Source: Candidatus Aminicenantes bacterium (lineage in GTDB: Bacteria > Acidobacteriota > Aminicenantia > Aminicenantales > Saccharicenantaceae). Taken from it: a stretch of 64,000 bases of DNA. The translations under genes and the position numbers were made by a program. Where the stretch lies: NCBI GenBank assembly GCA_017999365.1, contig JAGNLW010000002.1, positions 160,530 through 224,529 of the forward strand, given 5' to 3'. Position 1 is the stretch's first letter, and each line of letters opens with the position of its first letter. The notes below the pieces were generated by a model, which searched no databases, was not told where the DNA came from, and saw only the letters and a list, made by a program, of their open reading frames with translations. Below, one piece after another: positions 1 to 9,984 of the stretch.

Positions 1-303
1 AGCGGGTCCCGTCCCGGAGCACGACGTTGGGCCCGAGCCGCCCGGGCGAGATGTCGACGATGTCGACGGGGTCGAGGAGGCAGCCCATGTGGACGTACCC
101 CAGGACCATGCCGTTCCGGACGACAGCGGGATCGTCCTCCGGGAAGGCGAAGGACTCCCCGGCGGTCCGGATGCCCACGATCTGGCCTTTCGGGCCCGTC
201 CCAGCCAGGACCTTGGGATCCATCTTCTTGAAGTGGTAGAACGCGCAGGCGTTGCCCAGGAGGACCGCGGCCGCGAGGCCCGCCGCGACGACGCTCTTTC
301 TCA
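1..303 (-). CDS. hypothetical lipoprotein, 5' part only (gene runs off window start)
   Basis: Manual reverse-complement translation from ATG at 303: MRKSVVAAGLAAAVLLGNACAFYHFKK..., signal peptide + Cys; no stop before window edge so absent from ORF track. Confidence 0.45.
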
Positions 304-472
304 TCGCCGTTCCCCTTCCGCCCTTATCATAATGGGCGCCGGGGAAGGACGTGTCAATCCGGGGTGAAGACGCGGTCAAAGTTATGTCAAGACCGGGACG
401 GCGCGGGCGTCGATTTGTAAAGCCCCCGGCCGCGGCCTATACTGGAACCACGGTCGATAAGGAGGAACGGAC

Positions 473-2359
473 ATGACGCGCATCCCCCGATTTGCGGGCG
501 TTCTGGCTTTGGCGGCGGCCCTGGCCGCCTTCGGCTGCGCCGCGAAGGACGGCAACGAGCCCGACCCCGATCTCATCGTCAACTCCCTCGAGGACACGGC
601 CACGCCCGCGGCCGGCACGATCACGCTGCGCTCGGCCCTCGAGGCGGCCGGCTCGGGCGAGGTCATCACCTTCGATCCGTCGCTCGACGGCGGCACGATC
701 GTCCTGACGATCGTCGGCGAGGAGCACTCCGTCCTCAAGGGCGAGGTCTACGTCGCCAACGTCTACTCGGGCTACGCCGAGCGCGACTACGGCAAGTCGG
801 CTCTCTACGCCCGCAAGACCGTTGTCATCGACGCCTCGGACCTGCCCCACGGCATCACCGTCCGGTGGGGCGGCGGCGAGGCCGTTCACGCCCGGGTCAT
901 GGCCGTGTACGGCAACCTGACCATGTCCAACGTGACCGTCGCCGACGGGTATTCCCAGGCCGAGGCCATCACGGGCGGCACCCAGCCCTACACCCTGGCC
1001 CGGGGCGGCGGCCTGGCCGTCTGGGGCATGGCCCGCCTGCGCGACTGCGTCGTCACGGGCAACACCTGCGTCGGGGACACCGCCGCGAGCCGGGACCGCG
1101 GCACCTACGGCGGGGGCATCTACTCCGACGGGCTCGATCTCGAGGACACCGTCGTCAGCGGCAACCGGGCCCTCGGGGCCGGGGCCGGCGGGGGCGGCAT
1201 CTATTCCGTCGGCGGGGCCGACAACGGCTACGGCCGGGGCAACGACACGGCCCTGACGCGGTGCGCCGTCACGGGCAACCGGGTCACGGCCCAGCACGCC
1301 TACGGCGGCGGCATCTTCACCCTGAGCGGCGGGCCCGACAACCTGGCCCGCATGACCCTGACCAACTGCACCGTGGCCCGGAACGTCGTCGAGGACAACC
1401 CGGACATCCCGAACATGGGGCAGTTCTATTACCGGGGGGCCGGGATATACATGGGCGGGGGCTCGCTGACCCTCAAGGCCTGCACCGTGGCCGAGAACGC
1501 CACGACCGGCCAGGCGGCCGTCTTCAGCGGCAAGCCGAACATGGCCGGCGGCATCGCCGCGACCGTCGGCAACGCCCACACCGTGGAGTACGTCGAGGTC
1601 CAGAACTCCATCGTCGTCGGCAACACCCTCAACGGCGAGCCGGAGGACTGGTTCGCCGGGTCCATCCTGTACTTCGACAGCGGCGGCTACAACCTCATCG
1701 GCCGGATCAACTTCAGCCATATCCTCGTCCCCGTCCCCGACTGGATGATGTCGAGCCGCAAGCGCTGGCCCAAGACGGGCGACGTGGAGGGCGTGACGAT
1801 CGGGGAGGTCCTCGACGCCGGCGGGGCCCACTTCCACGCCGCGGCCCTCTCGGCCGGCACGGACGCCGGCGGGCCCGCCCTGCTGTGGTATCCCCCGGCC
1901 GACCTGGCCGTCGACAAGATCGCCAACGCCAGCTACTCCATCACCTACGTCAACGCCGGGTATTCGGGCTTCGGGGTGCCGACGGACGACTTCCTCAACC
2001 ACGTCATCCTGAAGTGCCGCTCCCTCTACAGCGGCATCCTGGGGGCCGACTTCGGGACGGAGTTCGGCGACATGACTGGCGTGACCTGGTACGGGCCGGC
2101 CGTGACCTGGCCGACCAATCCCGAGAACGCGGCTTGGGTGGCCTTCTGGCACGACCTCGACACGGCCATCGGCGACCGCCTCGGACAGGTCTTCCTGGGC
2201 GACGACTTCTGGAACTCGTTCACGAGCGGCCCGGTCGGCGACCATTGCGTCATCACGGTGACCCGGAACCCGAACACGTTCTGGCGCGAGACGGCCGATC
2301 AGCTCGGCACGGCCCGGCCCAAGGGCGCCGGCAACGACATCGGCGCCATCGAGCGGTAG
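473..2359 (+). CDS. secreted lipoprotein with right-handed beta-helix-like Gly/Asn-rich repeats (adhesin/pectate-lyase-like fold)
   Basis: Signal peptide with lipobox (AAFGCA); repeated GGGIYS/GNR/TGN motifs typical of parallel beta-helix repeats; coherent amino-acid composition versus shadow ORFs on other frames. Confidence 0.7.
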   Translation: MTRIPRFAGVLALAAALAAFGCAAKDGNEPDPDLIVNSLEDTATPAAGTITLRSALEAAGSGEVITFDPSLDGGTIVLTIVGEEHSVLKGEVYVANVYSGYAERDYGKSALYARKTVVIDASDLPHGITVRWGGGEAVHARVMAVYGNLTMSNVTVADGYSQAEAITGGTQPYTLARGGGLAVWGMARLRDCVVTGNTCVGDTAASRDRGTYGGGIYSDGLDLEDTVVSGNRALGAGAGGGGIYSVGGADNGYGRGNDTALTRCAVTGNRVTAQHAYGGGIFTLSGGPDNLARMTLTNCTVARNVVEDNPDIPNMGQFYYRGAGIYMGGGSLTLKACTVAENATTGQAAVFSGKPNMAGGIAATVGNAHTVEYVEVQNSIVVGNTLNGEPEDWFAGSILYFDSGGYNLIGRINFSHILVPVPDWMMSSRKRWPKTGDVEGVTIGEVLDAGGAHFHAAALSAGTDAGGPALLWYPPADLAVDKIANASYSITYVNAGYSGFGVPTDDFLNHVILKCRSLYSGILGADFGTEFGDMTGVTWYGPAVTWPTNPENAAWVAFWHDLDTAIGDRLGQVFLGDDFWNSFTSGPVGDHCVITVTRNPNTFWRETADQLGTARPKGAGNDIGAIER

Positions 2360-2402
2360 GAGCGGGGCGAGGGGATCCATCGGTCGAACAGAAAGTCCGG
2401 GA

Positions 2403-3344
2403 ATGCGACGGCACGTGATCCTGGCGCTGGGCGCGGCCGCCGTCCTGGCGGCCTGCCGCGGCGGCGCTCAGGACGCCGCGTCCCTCATGCGGGGCCCCGA
2501 CGGCATCCCCGGTTGGGCCCGGACGGGCGAAACGCAGACCTTCAACCGCGAGGGGCTCTACGGCTACATCGACGGCGGGGCCGAGATCGTCCTGCCCTAC
2601 GGCTTCCGGGAGCTCTCGGTATCGAGATACAGGCCGGCCGGCGGCGGCGAGAAAGAGATCACGCTCGAGATCTACAGGATGGCCACGGGCGAGGACGCCT
2701 TCGGCCTGTACGCGACCAAGCTCGAGGGCGGCGAGGCGCCCGCTCCCGGCGTCCTCTCCGACAGCTGGATCGTTCCCGGCCAAGCCGCCCTGGTCAAGGG
2801 CCCGTTCACGGTCAACGTCCTGGGCCCCGACTGCGGCGAGGGCGAGATCGCCGCCTTCGCCGCGGCCGTCGAGCGCCTCGTCCCGGGAAGCGGCACGATC
2901 CGGCCCGAAGGTCTGGGACGGCTGCCGCGCGACGGCATGGTCCCCTCGAGCGCCCGCTTCCTCAAGGGCGCGGTGGCCGCGGCCAACGAATCGCCGTTCC
3001 TCGAAGGCGAGGCCTGGGGCTTCGGCAAGCCCGGCGCCGGCGGGACCGCGGCCACGGTGGCCTACACCGCGAAATACGCAGCCGAACCCGGCGTCTCGAA
3101 ACTGGCTTTCGTCGCGTTCGCGGCGGCTCCCCCGGACGGCGTTTTGGAAGAAGCCGTCCGGTCCTCGTTCGACTATTATCTCCAGGACGTCCGCGAAGCC
3201 GGGGGGGTCATCGAAGGCCGCAACGCGGCCGGACGCCTGTTCCTCTTCGCCCGCCGGGGCGGGTTCGCGGCCCTCGTTCTCGGCGAACCGGACGAGACCG
3301 CCGCCCGGGCCCGGCTCGAGGCGGTCCTCTCGGCCCGCCGCTAA
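2403..3344 (+). CDS. hypothetical lipoprotein
   Basis: Signal peptide + Cys (LAACRGG); non-low-complexity composition. Confidence 0.55.
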   Translation: MRRHVILALGAAAVLAACRGGAQDAASLMRGPDGIPGWARTGETQTFNREGLYGYIDGGAEIVLPYGFRELSVSRYRPAGGGEKEITLEIYRMATGEDAFGLYATKLEGGEAPAPGVLSDSWIVPGQAALVKGPFTVNVLGPDCGEGEIAAFAAAVERLVPGSGTIRPEGLGRLPRDGMVPSSARFLKGAVAAANESPFLEGEAWGFGKPGAGGTAATVAYTAKYAAEPGVSKLAFVAFAAAPPDGVLEEAVRSSFDYYLQDVREAGGVIEGRNAAGRLFLFARRGGFAALVLGEPDETAARARLEAVLSARR

Positions 3345-3358
3345 CCCCCCCGCTCCGC

Positions 3359-4531
3359 TCAGCGCGCCGCGGTGAACCGGCGGGCCGCCGCGGCGTAGAG
3401 GCGGGCGGCCTGAAGGACTTCGTCGAGGGCGACGCTCTCCTCGGCCGAATGGGCCAGGGCCAGCTCGCCCGGCCCCCACACCAATGTCGGGATGCCGGCC
3501 TCGCGCGCGAGCAGGGCCCCGTCGGTCCAGGCCGGGAAGACGTCGAGCGGCGGCGCCGCGAGCCCCAGGTCGGAGAAGGCCCCCAGCGCCGCCCCGACCA
3601 GCGGATGCCCCTTGTCGATGACGAGCGGCCCGTGGAGCATGGTGGCCATCCCCCCGGGCATCCGCGCCAGGCTCGTCGCGAGGCCTGGGCGGGCGGCCCG
3701 GACCTTGGCCAGCAGGGCCTCGAGGTCGCCCATGACCTGGTCGATGGTCTCCGTCGTGACCCAGCGCCGATCGAGCTGCACGACGCAGTCGGCCGCGACC
3801 ATGCTCGGCTGCTGGCCCCCGGCGATGGTGCCCAAGTTGATGACGGGCAAGCCAAGGACCGGATCGCCCCGGCGTCCAAAGGCCGGCACGAGCTCGGATT
3901 CGACGAGCGAGGCGAAATGGGCCGCCGCGGCGATGGCGCTGATGCCCGCTTCGGGCGTGCTGCCGTGGGCCGCCCGGCCCCGGAAACGGACCTCGAGCCA
4001 CTCCAGGCCCTTGTGACCGATCGCCACGCGGTTCGACGTCGGCTCGCCGACGACCGCGCCCTCGGCCCGTAGGCCGCCGCGGATGAGGGCCTCGGCGCCG
4101 AGGCTCTCCATCTCCTCGTCGACGACGGCCGCGAGCGTGACTTTCCCGGACGCAAGCCCGCCCTCGTCGCGGATGTCGACGAGGGCCCCGGCCATGGCGG
4201 CCAGGGCGCCCTTCATGTCGACGGTGCCTCGGCCGAACATCCGGCCGTCACGGATCGCGCCCGAAAAAAAGTCGACCGGCGAGCCGTCGTTGGGCGATAC
4301 GGTATCGAGGTGGCCGCAGAGGACGAGATGGGGCCCGGGCTTCGGCCCGGCGACCGACGCGAGGACGTTCGGCCTCCCGGGCCGAACCTCGACGAGCTCG
4401 GCCGGGACGCCGCGCCCGCCGAGATAGGCCGCCAGCGCCCGGGCGGCGGCCTCTTCCTGCCGGTCGACGCCGGGATGGCTGGGGGCCTTGACCATTTCCA
4501 ACAGAAGCTCGAGGATGCCGCGGTCGTCCAT
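3359..4531 (-). CDS. M20 family metallopeptidase (ArgE/DapE-like deacylase)
   Basis: Motifs HLVLCGHLDTV, DMKG, HGSTPEAG characteristic of peptidase M20/acetylornithine deacetylase family. Confidence 0.85.
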   Translation of the reverse strand: MDDRGILELLLEMVKAPSHPGVDRQEEAAARALAAYLGGRGVPAELVEVRPGRPNVLASVAGPKPGPHLVLCGHLDTVSPNDGSPVDFFSGAIRDGRMFGRGTVDMKGALAAMAGALVDIRDEGGLASGKVTLAAVVDEEMESLGAEALIRGGLRAEGAVVGEPTSNRVAIGHKGLEWLEVRFRGRAAHGSTPEAGISAIAAAAHFASLVESELVPAFGRRGDPVLGLPVINLGTIAGGQQPSMVAADCVVQLDRRWVTTETIDQVMGDLEALLAKVRAARPGLATSLARMPGGMATMLHGPLVIDKGHPLVGAALGAFSDLGLAAPPLDVFPAWTDGALLAREAGIPTLVWGPGELALAHSAEESVALDEVLQAARLYAAAARRFTAAR

Positions 4532-4688
4532 TTCGCCTCCTTGCGGCGCGCTTTCTCCCGAACTATATTGGAAGTCGGGGACGGGTTCAACCGGACCGGC
4601 GGATCTCCGGCCCCCTATGGTAAAATATTAGCATCGAAAGGCAACCGGCGCCGCGCCCGAGGCGTTTTCTAAACAAGGAGATCCGCCC

Positions 4689-5897
4689 ATGAACCGCAAA
4701 CGCACCCTGATCCCGCTCGTCATCGTCCTCGCCCTGGCCTCGCCCGTCCTGGCCGGCCAGAAGATCGAGACCGATAACGGCGTCCGCGTCGTCCACAACT
4801 CCGGGCCCGGGACCTGGGGCAAGACGCCCCAGGTCGCCCTCGAGCCCGTGCGCACCCTCGGAGACGTCGACACGGCCGACGAGAACCTGGCTTTTTACAT
4901 GCCTTCGGCCATCGCCGTCGACGGCGCCGGGAACCTCTACGTCGTCGACACGGGCAACCACCGCATCCAGAAGTTCGGCCCGGACGCGAAGTACCTGGCC
5001 ACGTTCGGCCGGCAGGGCCAGGGCCCCGGCGAGTTCCAGTACCCCGCCTGGCTGGCCATCGACGCCAAGGGCCTCATCTATGTCACCGACCCGTTCAACC
5101 AGCGCATCCAGGTCCTGACGCCCGACGGCAAGGACCACAAGGTCATCAAGGGCCTCGAGCAGGGGGCCGGCCCGGTCTTCCTGGGAGCCGGCGGCGAGTT
5201 CGTCACCGGCGCGCCCCGGATGCGCTTCATGATCAACCGGGAGAACGAAAAGCCCGCGCCCCTGCCCAAGCTCGTCCAGGTCCTCGACGCCGAGGGCAAG
5301 CCCGTCCGCGCTTTCGGCGAGCCCCGCGACTTCGGTTCCGAGCTGGTCAACAACGCCGGCAACGAGGTCCTCATGACGGTCGACGCGGCCGGCCAGGTCT
5401 ACCTGGCCTACACCGTCCAGAACCGGATCGAGAAATACGCGGCCGACGGCAAGCTCCTCTGGCGGGCCGACCGGGAGCTCCCCTACTCCATGGAGATCAA
5501 GGACAAGGGAGAGATCAAGAGGGAGGGCGGCAGCGTCTCCATCCGCGGGCCGGAGCTGAACCGCTGCGCGGCCGGCATCGCCGTCGACGGCCGGGGCCGC
5601 GTCTGGGTCGTCACCCAGACCCGCCAGCTCAGGAAGGAGGAGCAGGTCGGGATGGCGATGACCATGAGCATGGGCGCCTCGGGCGGACAGACCATCGGCA
5701 TGAAGCCCCAGGGCGAGGGCCAGGAGCTGAGGACGACCGACGCCTACAAGCTCGAGGTCTTCGGCCCGGACGGCGTCCTGCTCGGGTCGATGCCGCTCGA
5801 CTCCTTCGTCAACGGCGTCTTCGTCTTCGGCGACCGCCTCTTCCTCCTGGACAAGCTCCGCGGCACCCAGTTCAGGGAGTTCCGCATCAAGGGCTGA
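4689..5897 (+). CDS. NHL repeat-containing secreted protein (beta-propeller)
   Basis: Signal peptide; repeated YVVDTGNHRIQKF / YVTDPFNQRIQVL NHL-repeat signatures. Confidence 0.8.
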   Translation: MNRKRTLIPLVIVLALASPVLAGQKIETDNGVRVVHNSGPGTWGKTPQVALEPVRTLGDVDTADENLAFYMPSAIAVDGAGNLYVVDTGNHRIQKFGPDAKYLATFGRQGQGPGEFQYPAWLAIDAKGLIYVTDPFNQRIQVLTPDGKDHKVIKGLEQGAGPVFLGAGGEFVTGAPRMRFMINRENEKPAPLPKLVQVLDAEGKPVRAFGEPRDFGSELVNNAGNEVLMTVDAAGQVYLAYTVQNRIEKYAADGKLLWRADRELPYSMEIKDKGEIKREGGSVSIRGPELNRCAAGIAVDGRGRVWVVTQTRQLRKEEQVGMAMTMSMGASGGQTIGMKPQGEGQELRTTDAYKLEVFGPDGVLLGSMPLDSFVNGVFVFGDRLFLLDKLRGTQFREFRIKG

Positions 5898-5978
5898 CCG
5901 CGCGCACCCGGATTCCGTAATCGCCCTCCCCCGGCCGACTAAAGGCTGATCGTATTCATAATACCGGGAGGTATCTTC

Positions 5979-6971
5979 ATGCACACACGGTCCAAGAACA
6001 TCGCCATCGCGCTGGCCGCCCTGTTCGTCGCCTGGCTCGCCGCCACGCCGGCGACGGCCGCGGCTTCCGGTGTCCCCGGCTCCGAGACCGGGAAGGCCAA
6101 GGCGGCCGTCAAGCCCCTGGATTTCCTTAGCGTCCAGGACGACGAGGAGGACGCCGACACCCCGGCCGCCTTCTCCAGGCTCAGCCTCCGGCTCTACGGG
6201 GGCTACAGCCACATGCTCGCCAACGATGTGAACAAGGGCTCGAGCTATTATTTCCAGCTCGTCGAGGCCTACGCGGCCGAGGGGTACGGGACCGCCACCG
6301 GAGGCTACTCGCCTCTCCACGGCGGCTACGACTTCGGGGCCGACCTCGTCTACCAGATCACCCCGTCCTTCGGGATCGGCGTGGGCGCCGGCTACATCCG
6401 CAGCTCGGCCGATTCGCTGGCCACGTTCACCGGCGAGGGGACGGTCGACCTGCTCGCCTCGACGATGCTCTCCGCCGTCCCGATCCGGCTGGGCCTGTTC
6501 CTGGACGTCCCCCTGGGCGGGAAGCTGGCCCTGACGGCCAACGCCGGAGCGGCCTATTACCTGGGCCTCAAGTTCACGGGTATGCAGGGCCTGGAGTTCG
6601 CGGCCGACGACTGGATGAGGATGTCCCTCGAAGCCACCGAGAGAAGCGGCCTCGATATCGGCTTCCACGGCAGCCTGGGCTTCGAGTACAAGTTCACCCC
6701 CAAGCTCGGCTTTTTCGTCGAGGGCCTGGGCCGGTACGCCAAGCTCAAGAACTTCGAGTCGGTCACGGGAACGCAGGAGTCCTCCGGCGGCCTGTCGGAG
6801 GATACCGAGGGCAAGCTCTATCTCGTCACCGGCAGCATCGGGGACTCCGAGATCAGCATGTTCACGATCTCGGAGACCGAGCCCTTGCCGGATCCCGGCA
6901 CGACCGTCCGCGAGCCCAAGTTCGACCTCAGCGGCTTCAGCCTGCAGGCGGGCTTCCGGATCCGGTTCTGA
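5979..6971 (+). CDS. putative outer-membrane beta-barrel protein
   Basis: Signal peptide, alternating aromatic/Gly-rich strands, C-terminal ...GFRIRF (terminal Phe typical of OMPs). Confidence 0.55.
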   Translation: MHTRSKNIAIALAALFVAWLAATPATAAASGVPGSETGKAKAAVKPLDFLSVQDDEEDADTPAAFSRLSLRLYGGYSHMLANDVNKGSSYYFQLVEAYAAEGYGTATGGYSPLHGGYDFGADLVYQITPSFGIGVGAGYIRSSADSLATFTGEGTVDLLASTMLSAVPIRLGLFLDVPLGGKLALTANAGAAYYLGLKFTGMQGLEFAADDWMRMSLEATERSGLDIGFHGSLGFEYKFTPKLGFFVEGLGRYAKLKNFESVTGTQESSGGLSEDTEGKLYLVTGSIGDSEISMFTISETEPLPDPGTTVREPKFDLSGFSLQAGFRIRF

Positions 6972-7091
6972 TCGCCGGAACGAACGCACGCGAAAGGCCC
7001 GGGTCGGGCTCCGAAGGGCCCGGTCCGGGCGCTTGACTCGGCGGCGCGGCTCGTCTCTAATAGAGGCATTCCAGGATAAGGAGACCCGCCC

Positions 7092-7871
7092 GTGATCGAC
7101 AAGAAAAAAGCCGCCGTCCTGGCCATCGCCCTGACCCTCCTGGCCGTGGCCGCGATGATCGTCCTCTTCAAGGGCCAGGCCCGGGGACAGCAGCCCGCTC
7201 CGGCGCCCCAGCCCCCGGCCGCCCCCCGGCCCCAGCCGGCCGTCGTCGGCCAGCCCATGCCCGATTTCACCCTGCCCGTCTTCCAGGGCGGGACGCTGAC
7301 CCTGTCGTCGCTCCGGGGCAAGAACGTCCTGCTTCTCTTCCCCCGCGGCTACGCGGCCGAGAACTACTGGTGCACGATCTGCAACTACCGCTACGTCGAA
7401 CTGGCCGAGCTCGAGAAGGCCGAGAAGATCCGCGCCAAGTACAACCTCGAGATCGTCGTCGTCTTCCCCTACGCCCAGGACGTCGTCAAGACCTGGCTCG
7501 AGGCCCTGCCCGGCCAGATGGAGTCCATCAAGGCCCGCAAGTACCCCGAGGACGCGGCCAAGCTCGACGAAGCGGGCAAGGCCCGCATGGAACGCTCGCG
7601 CCAGATCTATCCGAACGACTACGCCCTCGAGAAAGGCGCGGTCCTGGCCCCCTTCCCCATCCTCGTCGACGGCGAGCGGACGCTGTCGTCCAAGCTCGAC
7701 CTCTTCCGGCACGAGTGGACGGGCAGCAAGGTCGACCAGAACATCCCGGCCGTCTTCATCGTCGACGCCGCCGGCACGCTCCAGTTCAAGTACGTCAGCC
7801 AGAACACGGTCGACCGCCCCGGCTACGACTATCTCCTGAAGGTCCTCGAGGTCATCAACGCCGGGAAGTGA
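7092..7871 (+). CDS. membrane-anchored redoxin (AhpC/TSA/thioredoxin-fold, CxxC)
   Basis: N-terminal TM helix; PDFTLPVFQGG...RGKNVLLLFPRGY...WCTIC motif typical of peroxiredoxin-like redoxin domain. Confidence 0.65.
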   Translation: MIDKKKAAVLAIALTLLAVAAMIVLFKGQARGQQPAPAPQPPAAPRPQPAVVGQPMPDFTLPVFQGGTLTLSSLRGKNVLLLFPRGYAAENYWCTICNYRYVELAELEKAEKIRAKYNLEIVVVFPYAQDVVKTWLEALPGQMESIKARKYPEDAAKLDEAGKARMERSRQIYPNDYALEKGAVLAPFPILVDGERTLSSKLDLFRHEWTGSKVDQNIPAVFIVDAAGTLQFKYVSQNTVDRPGYDYLLKVLEVINAGK

Positions 7872-7919
7872 GGCCGGACTTTCCCTCCCCTCCGCCGACT
7901 AAACGGGCGGAGGACTCCG

Positions 7920-8255
7920 ATGAGGAAGACCGCCCTATTCGCCCTGGCCGCCGTCTGCCTGGCGGCCGTCGCGGGCCTGGCCGCGGAGCAGCCGCGCGTC
8001 GGACCGCCGCCCGTCCGGGTCGAGTCCCCGACCCTCCGGCCGAGCGAGGCCCACGTCTGGGTGCCCGGCTTCTGGAAATGGAAGGACGTCAACTACGAGT
8101 GGGTCGAGGGCCGCTGGGTCAAGGCCAAGAAGGGCCGGGAATGGGTCCCCGGCACGTGGGAACAGGTCGGCAGCCGCTGGGTCTGGAAGCCCGGCAAGTG
8201 GCAGAAGGCCGGGGCCGGCGCGCCCAAGCCGGCCAAGGCCAAGAAGAAGAAATAG
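7920..8255 (+). CDS. small secreted WXXGXW-repeat protein
   Basis: Signal peptide; repeated W-x2-G-x-W units (WVPGFWKW, WVEGRWV, WVPGTWEQ, WKPGKW); Lys-rich tail. Confidence 0.7.
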   Translation: MRKTALFALAAVCLAAVAGLAAEQPRVGPPPVRVESPTLRPSEAHVWVPGFWKWKDVNYEWVEGRWVKAKKGREWVPGTWEQVGSRWVWKPGKWQKAGAGAPKPAKAKKKK

Positions 8256-8271
8256 AGCCCGTCCCGCCCGC

Positions 8272-8746
8272 TCAGTCCGGCGACGTCAGCGCCGTGTAGC
8301 AGAACCCCGTGTAGTGCTTGACGACGTCGGCGATGACCTCTTCCTTGTCCATCCGCAGGACCTTGAACGGGAACAGCTCCGGCATGAAGTCCTCGTCCGT
8401 CGTCTGATACTCGGCCTTGGGCGTGCGCCGGGCCTTGATCTGGAGCTTGAGCCTCAGCTCGACGGCGTTCTTGGGCAGCGAGATGCGGTAGTGGAACTGC
8501 TCGTCCTTGAGCCCCGGGAAGCAGATGTCGAAGCGGATGCTCCGGCCCTTGGTCTTCTGCTGCTCGCACTTGATGCGGAAGTTCCCCAGCTCGTCGGACA
8601 GCGCCTCGAACGCGGGCTCGGCGATGAACTCGCAGAACTGATCGAACTGGGCCACGGTCTCGGCCTGGCAGAGCTCGATGACCCGCACGTTCTCGAAGTG
8701 GTTGGCCAGCTCTTTCTTCCAGTCGATCTTGCCCATCGCGACTCCG
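8272..8746 (-). CDS. hypothetical protein (lower GC than surroundings)
   Basis: Complex K/E/F-rich composition, GGAG RBS 8 nt upstream of ATG (MGKIDWKK); start at 8746 preferred over 8823. Confidence 0.55.
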
Positions 8747-8804
8747 CTCTCGTGAACTGCCCGCATGATAGCACAAACGTCCGGCCGGGAGAAGCGGGAG
8801 GAAG

Positions 8805-9075
8805 TGCCGGCTGAGGTCAGCAAAAGGGGGGTGATGATTGTTGATTGAGGGAGCCCTCTCCAGCCGGCGAAAGAGAGCCAAGGCCATTATAGCGGGACGG
8901 CGCGGAAAAGCAAAGATTTTTTTTCGCCGCGGGGCGGGGGAAAGTGCCGGCTGTTCTTTAACAGCAGATAAGGGGGAAAATGATGTATTTCGTTGGGTGG
9001 AAGTTTTCTCCAGCCGGCCCAAGAAAACTTGACTTCATTATACCCCGTCCGCAAAAAAAATCAAGGGCCGGCCCC
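8805..9075. repeat. two tandem ~135-bp copies of a structured element (GTGCCGGCTG ... CTCCAGCCGGC stem arms, conserved AAGGGGG...TGATG loop, CATTATA + homopolymer tail)
   Basis: Direct comparison of unit A (8805-8938) and unit B (8939-9075); arms GCCGGCTG/CAGCCGGC are reverse complements in each unit. Confidence 0.5.
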
Positions 9076-9131
9076 ATTTCCTAAACGGCGTCCCGATGGC
9101 GTATGATGGGGCGAGCGAGGAGGCGAACGAC

Positions 9132-9956
9132 ATGAGAAAAGCCCTGACGGCCCTGGCGGCGGCGCTCGCGGCGGCGGTCCTCCCGGCCGCGGCCCAGACC
9201 AGGATTCCGACGACGCGCGAGATGGCCCTGCTCTGCTGGCAGGAGTTCGGCGAGCTCGTGCCGGCCCGGGTCCGGACGGTCCTCGTCCCCTTCGGCTCGC
9301 TCGAGCCCCACGGCGTCATCCCCAGCGGCACCGACAGCCTGGCCCCCGAGGCCATGGCCCGCGACATCGCCGGACGGGTCGACGCCCTGATCGCCCCGAC
9401 CCTCAATTACGGCCAGACCGAGGCCATGAAGGCCTACCCGGGGGCCGTGTCCATACCGGCCGAGGCCTACGGGCCCTTCGCCGAGGCCGTCCTCGACAAC
9501 CTGGCCCTGCAGGGCTTCAAGAACCTCATCGTCCTCAACGGGCACGGCGGCAACACGGCCGTGCTCAACGCGGCCGCGACCAAGGTGGCCAACGCCCGCC
9601 GGGTCCGGGTCCTGGTCGTCAACTGGTGGACGCTGGCCGACGACATCACCAAGTCCGTCTTCAAGCAGAACGGCGGCCACGCCGGCAACAACGAGACGGC
9701 CTACGTCCAGGCCATCGTCCCGGCCCACATCCATCCCGAGCGCTACAAACCGGAGATGGCCGAACCCATCGCCCCGGCCGGGGCCTACGCGGCCGTCCCG
9801 GTGTCCTCGACCATCCTCCTCTACGAGAAGGGCCAGGGCTACCCGACCTTCGACGCGGCCCAGGCCAAGGAGTACTTCCGCAAGGTCAACGACCGCGTGG
9901 CCGAGCTCGTCCTCGACACCGTCAAGCGCTGGGACGCGGCCGGCGTTTACGAGTAG
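9132..9956 (+). CDS. creatininase-family amidohydrolase with signal peptide
   Basis: VLNGHGGN motif and overall creatinine amidohydrolase family similarity; strong GAGGAGG RBS 7 nt before ATG at 9132 (upstream ATG 9096 lacks RBS). Confidence 0.8.
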   Translation: MRKALTALAAALAAAVLPAAAQTRIPTTREMALLCWQEFGELVPARVRTVLVPFGSLEPHGVIPSGTDSLAPEAMARDIAGRVDALIAPTLNYGQTEAMKAYPGAVSIPAEAYGPFAEAVLDNLALQGFKNLIVLNGHGGNTAVLNAAATKVANARRVRVLVVNWWTLADDITKSVFKQNGGHAGNNETAYVQAIVPAHIHPERYKPEMAEPIAPAGAYAAVPVSSTILLYEKGQGYPTFDAAQAKEYFRKVNDRVAELVLDTVKRWDAAGVYE

Positions 9957-9984
9957 GCGGGCGCCGGGTCGAAGGCGGGGCGGC

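Noticed and set aside
437-2418. Long ORFs 437-2380 (minus, 647 aa) and 865-2418 (plus, 517 aa) overlapping the beta-helix lipoprotein gene
   Set aside because: Arg/Gly/Pro/Asp-dominated low-complexity translations typical of off-frame/antisense shadows in ~70% GC DNA; the 473-2359 frame has a signal peptide and structured repeats
4587-7712. 1041-aa minus-strand ORF spanning NHL, OMP and redoxin genes
   Set aside because: Low-complexity G/R/D/E/L shadow antisense to three well-supported plus-strand genes
8805-9075. CRISPR array hypothesis for the tandem repeats
   Set aside because: Only two ~135-bp units with internal stem-loop architecture, no short regularly spaced repeats/spacers and no cas genes
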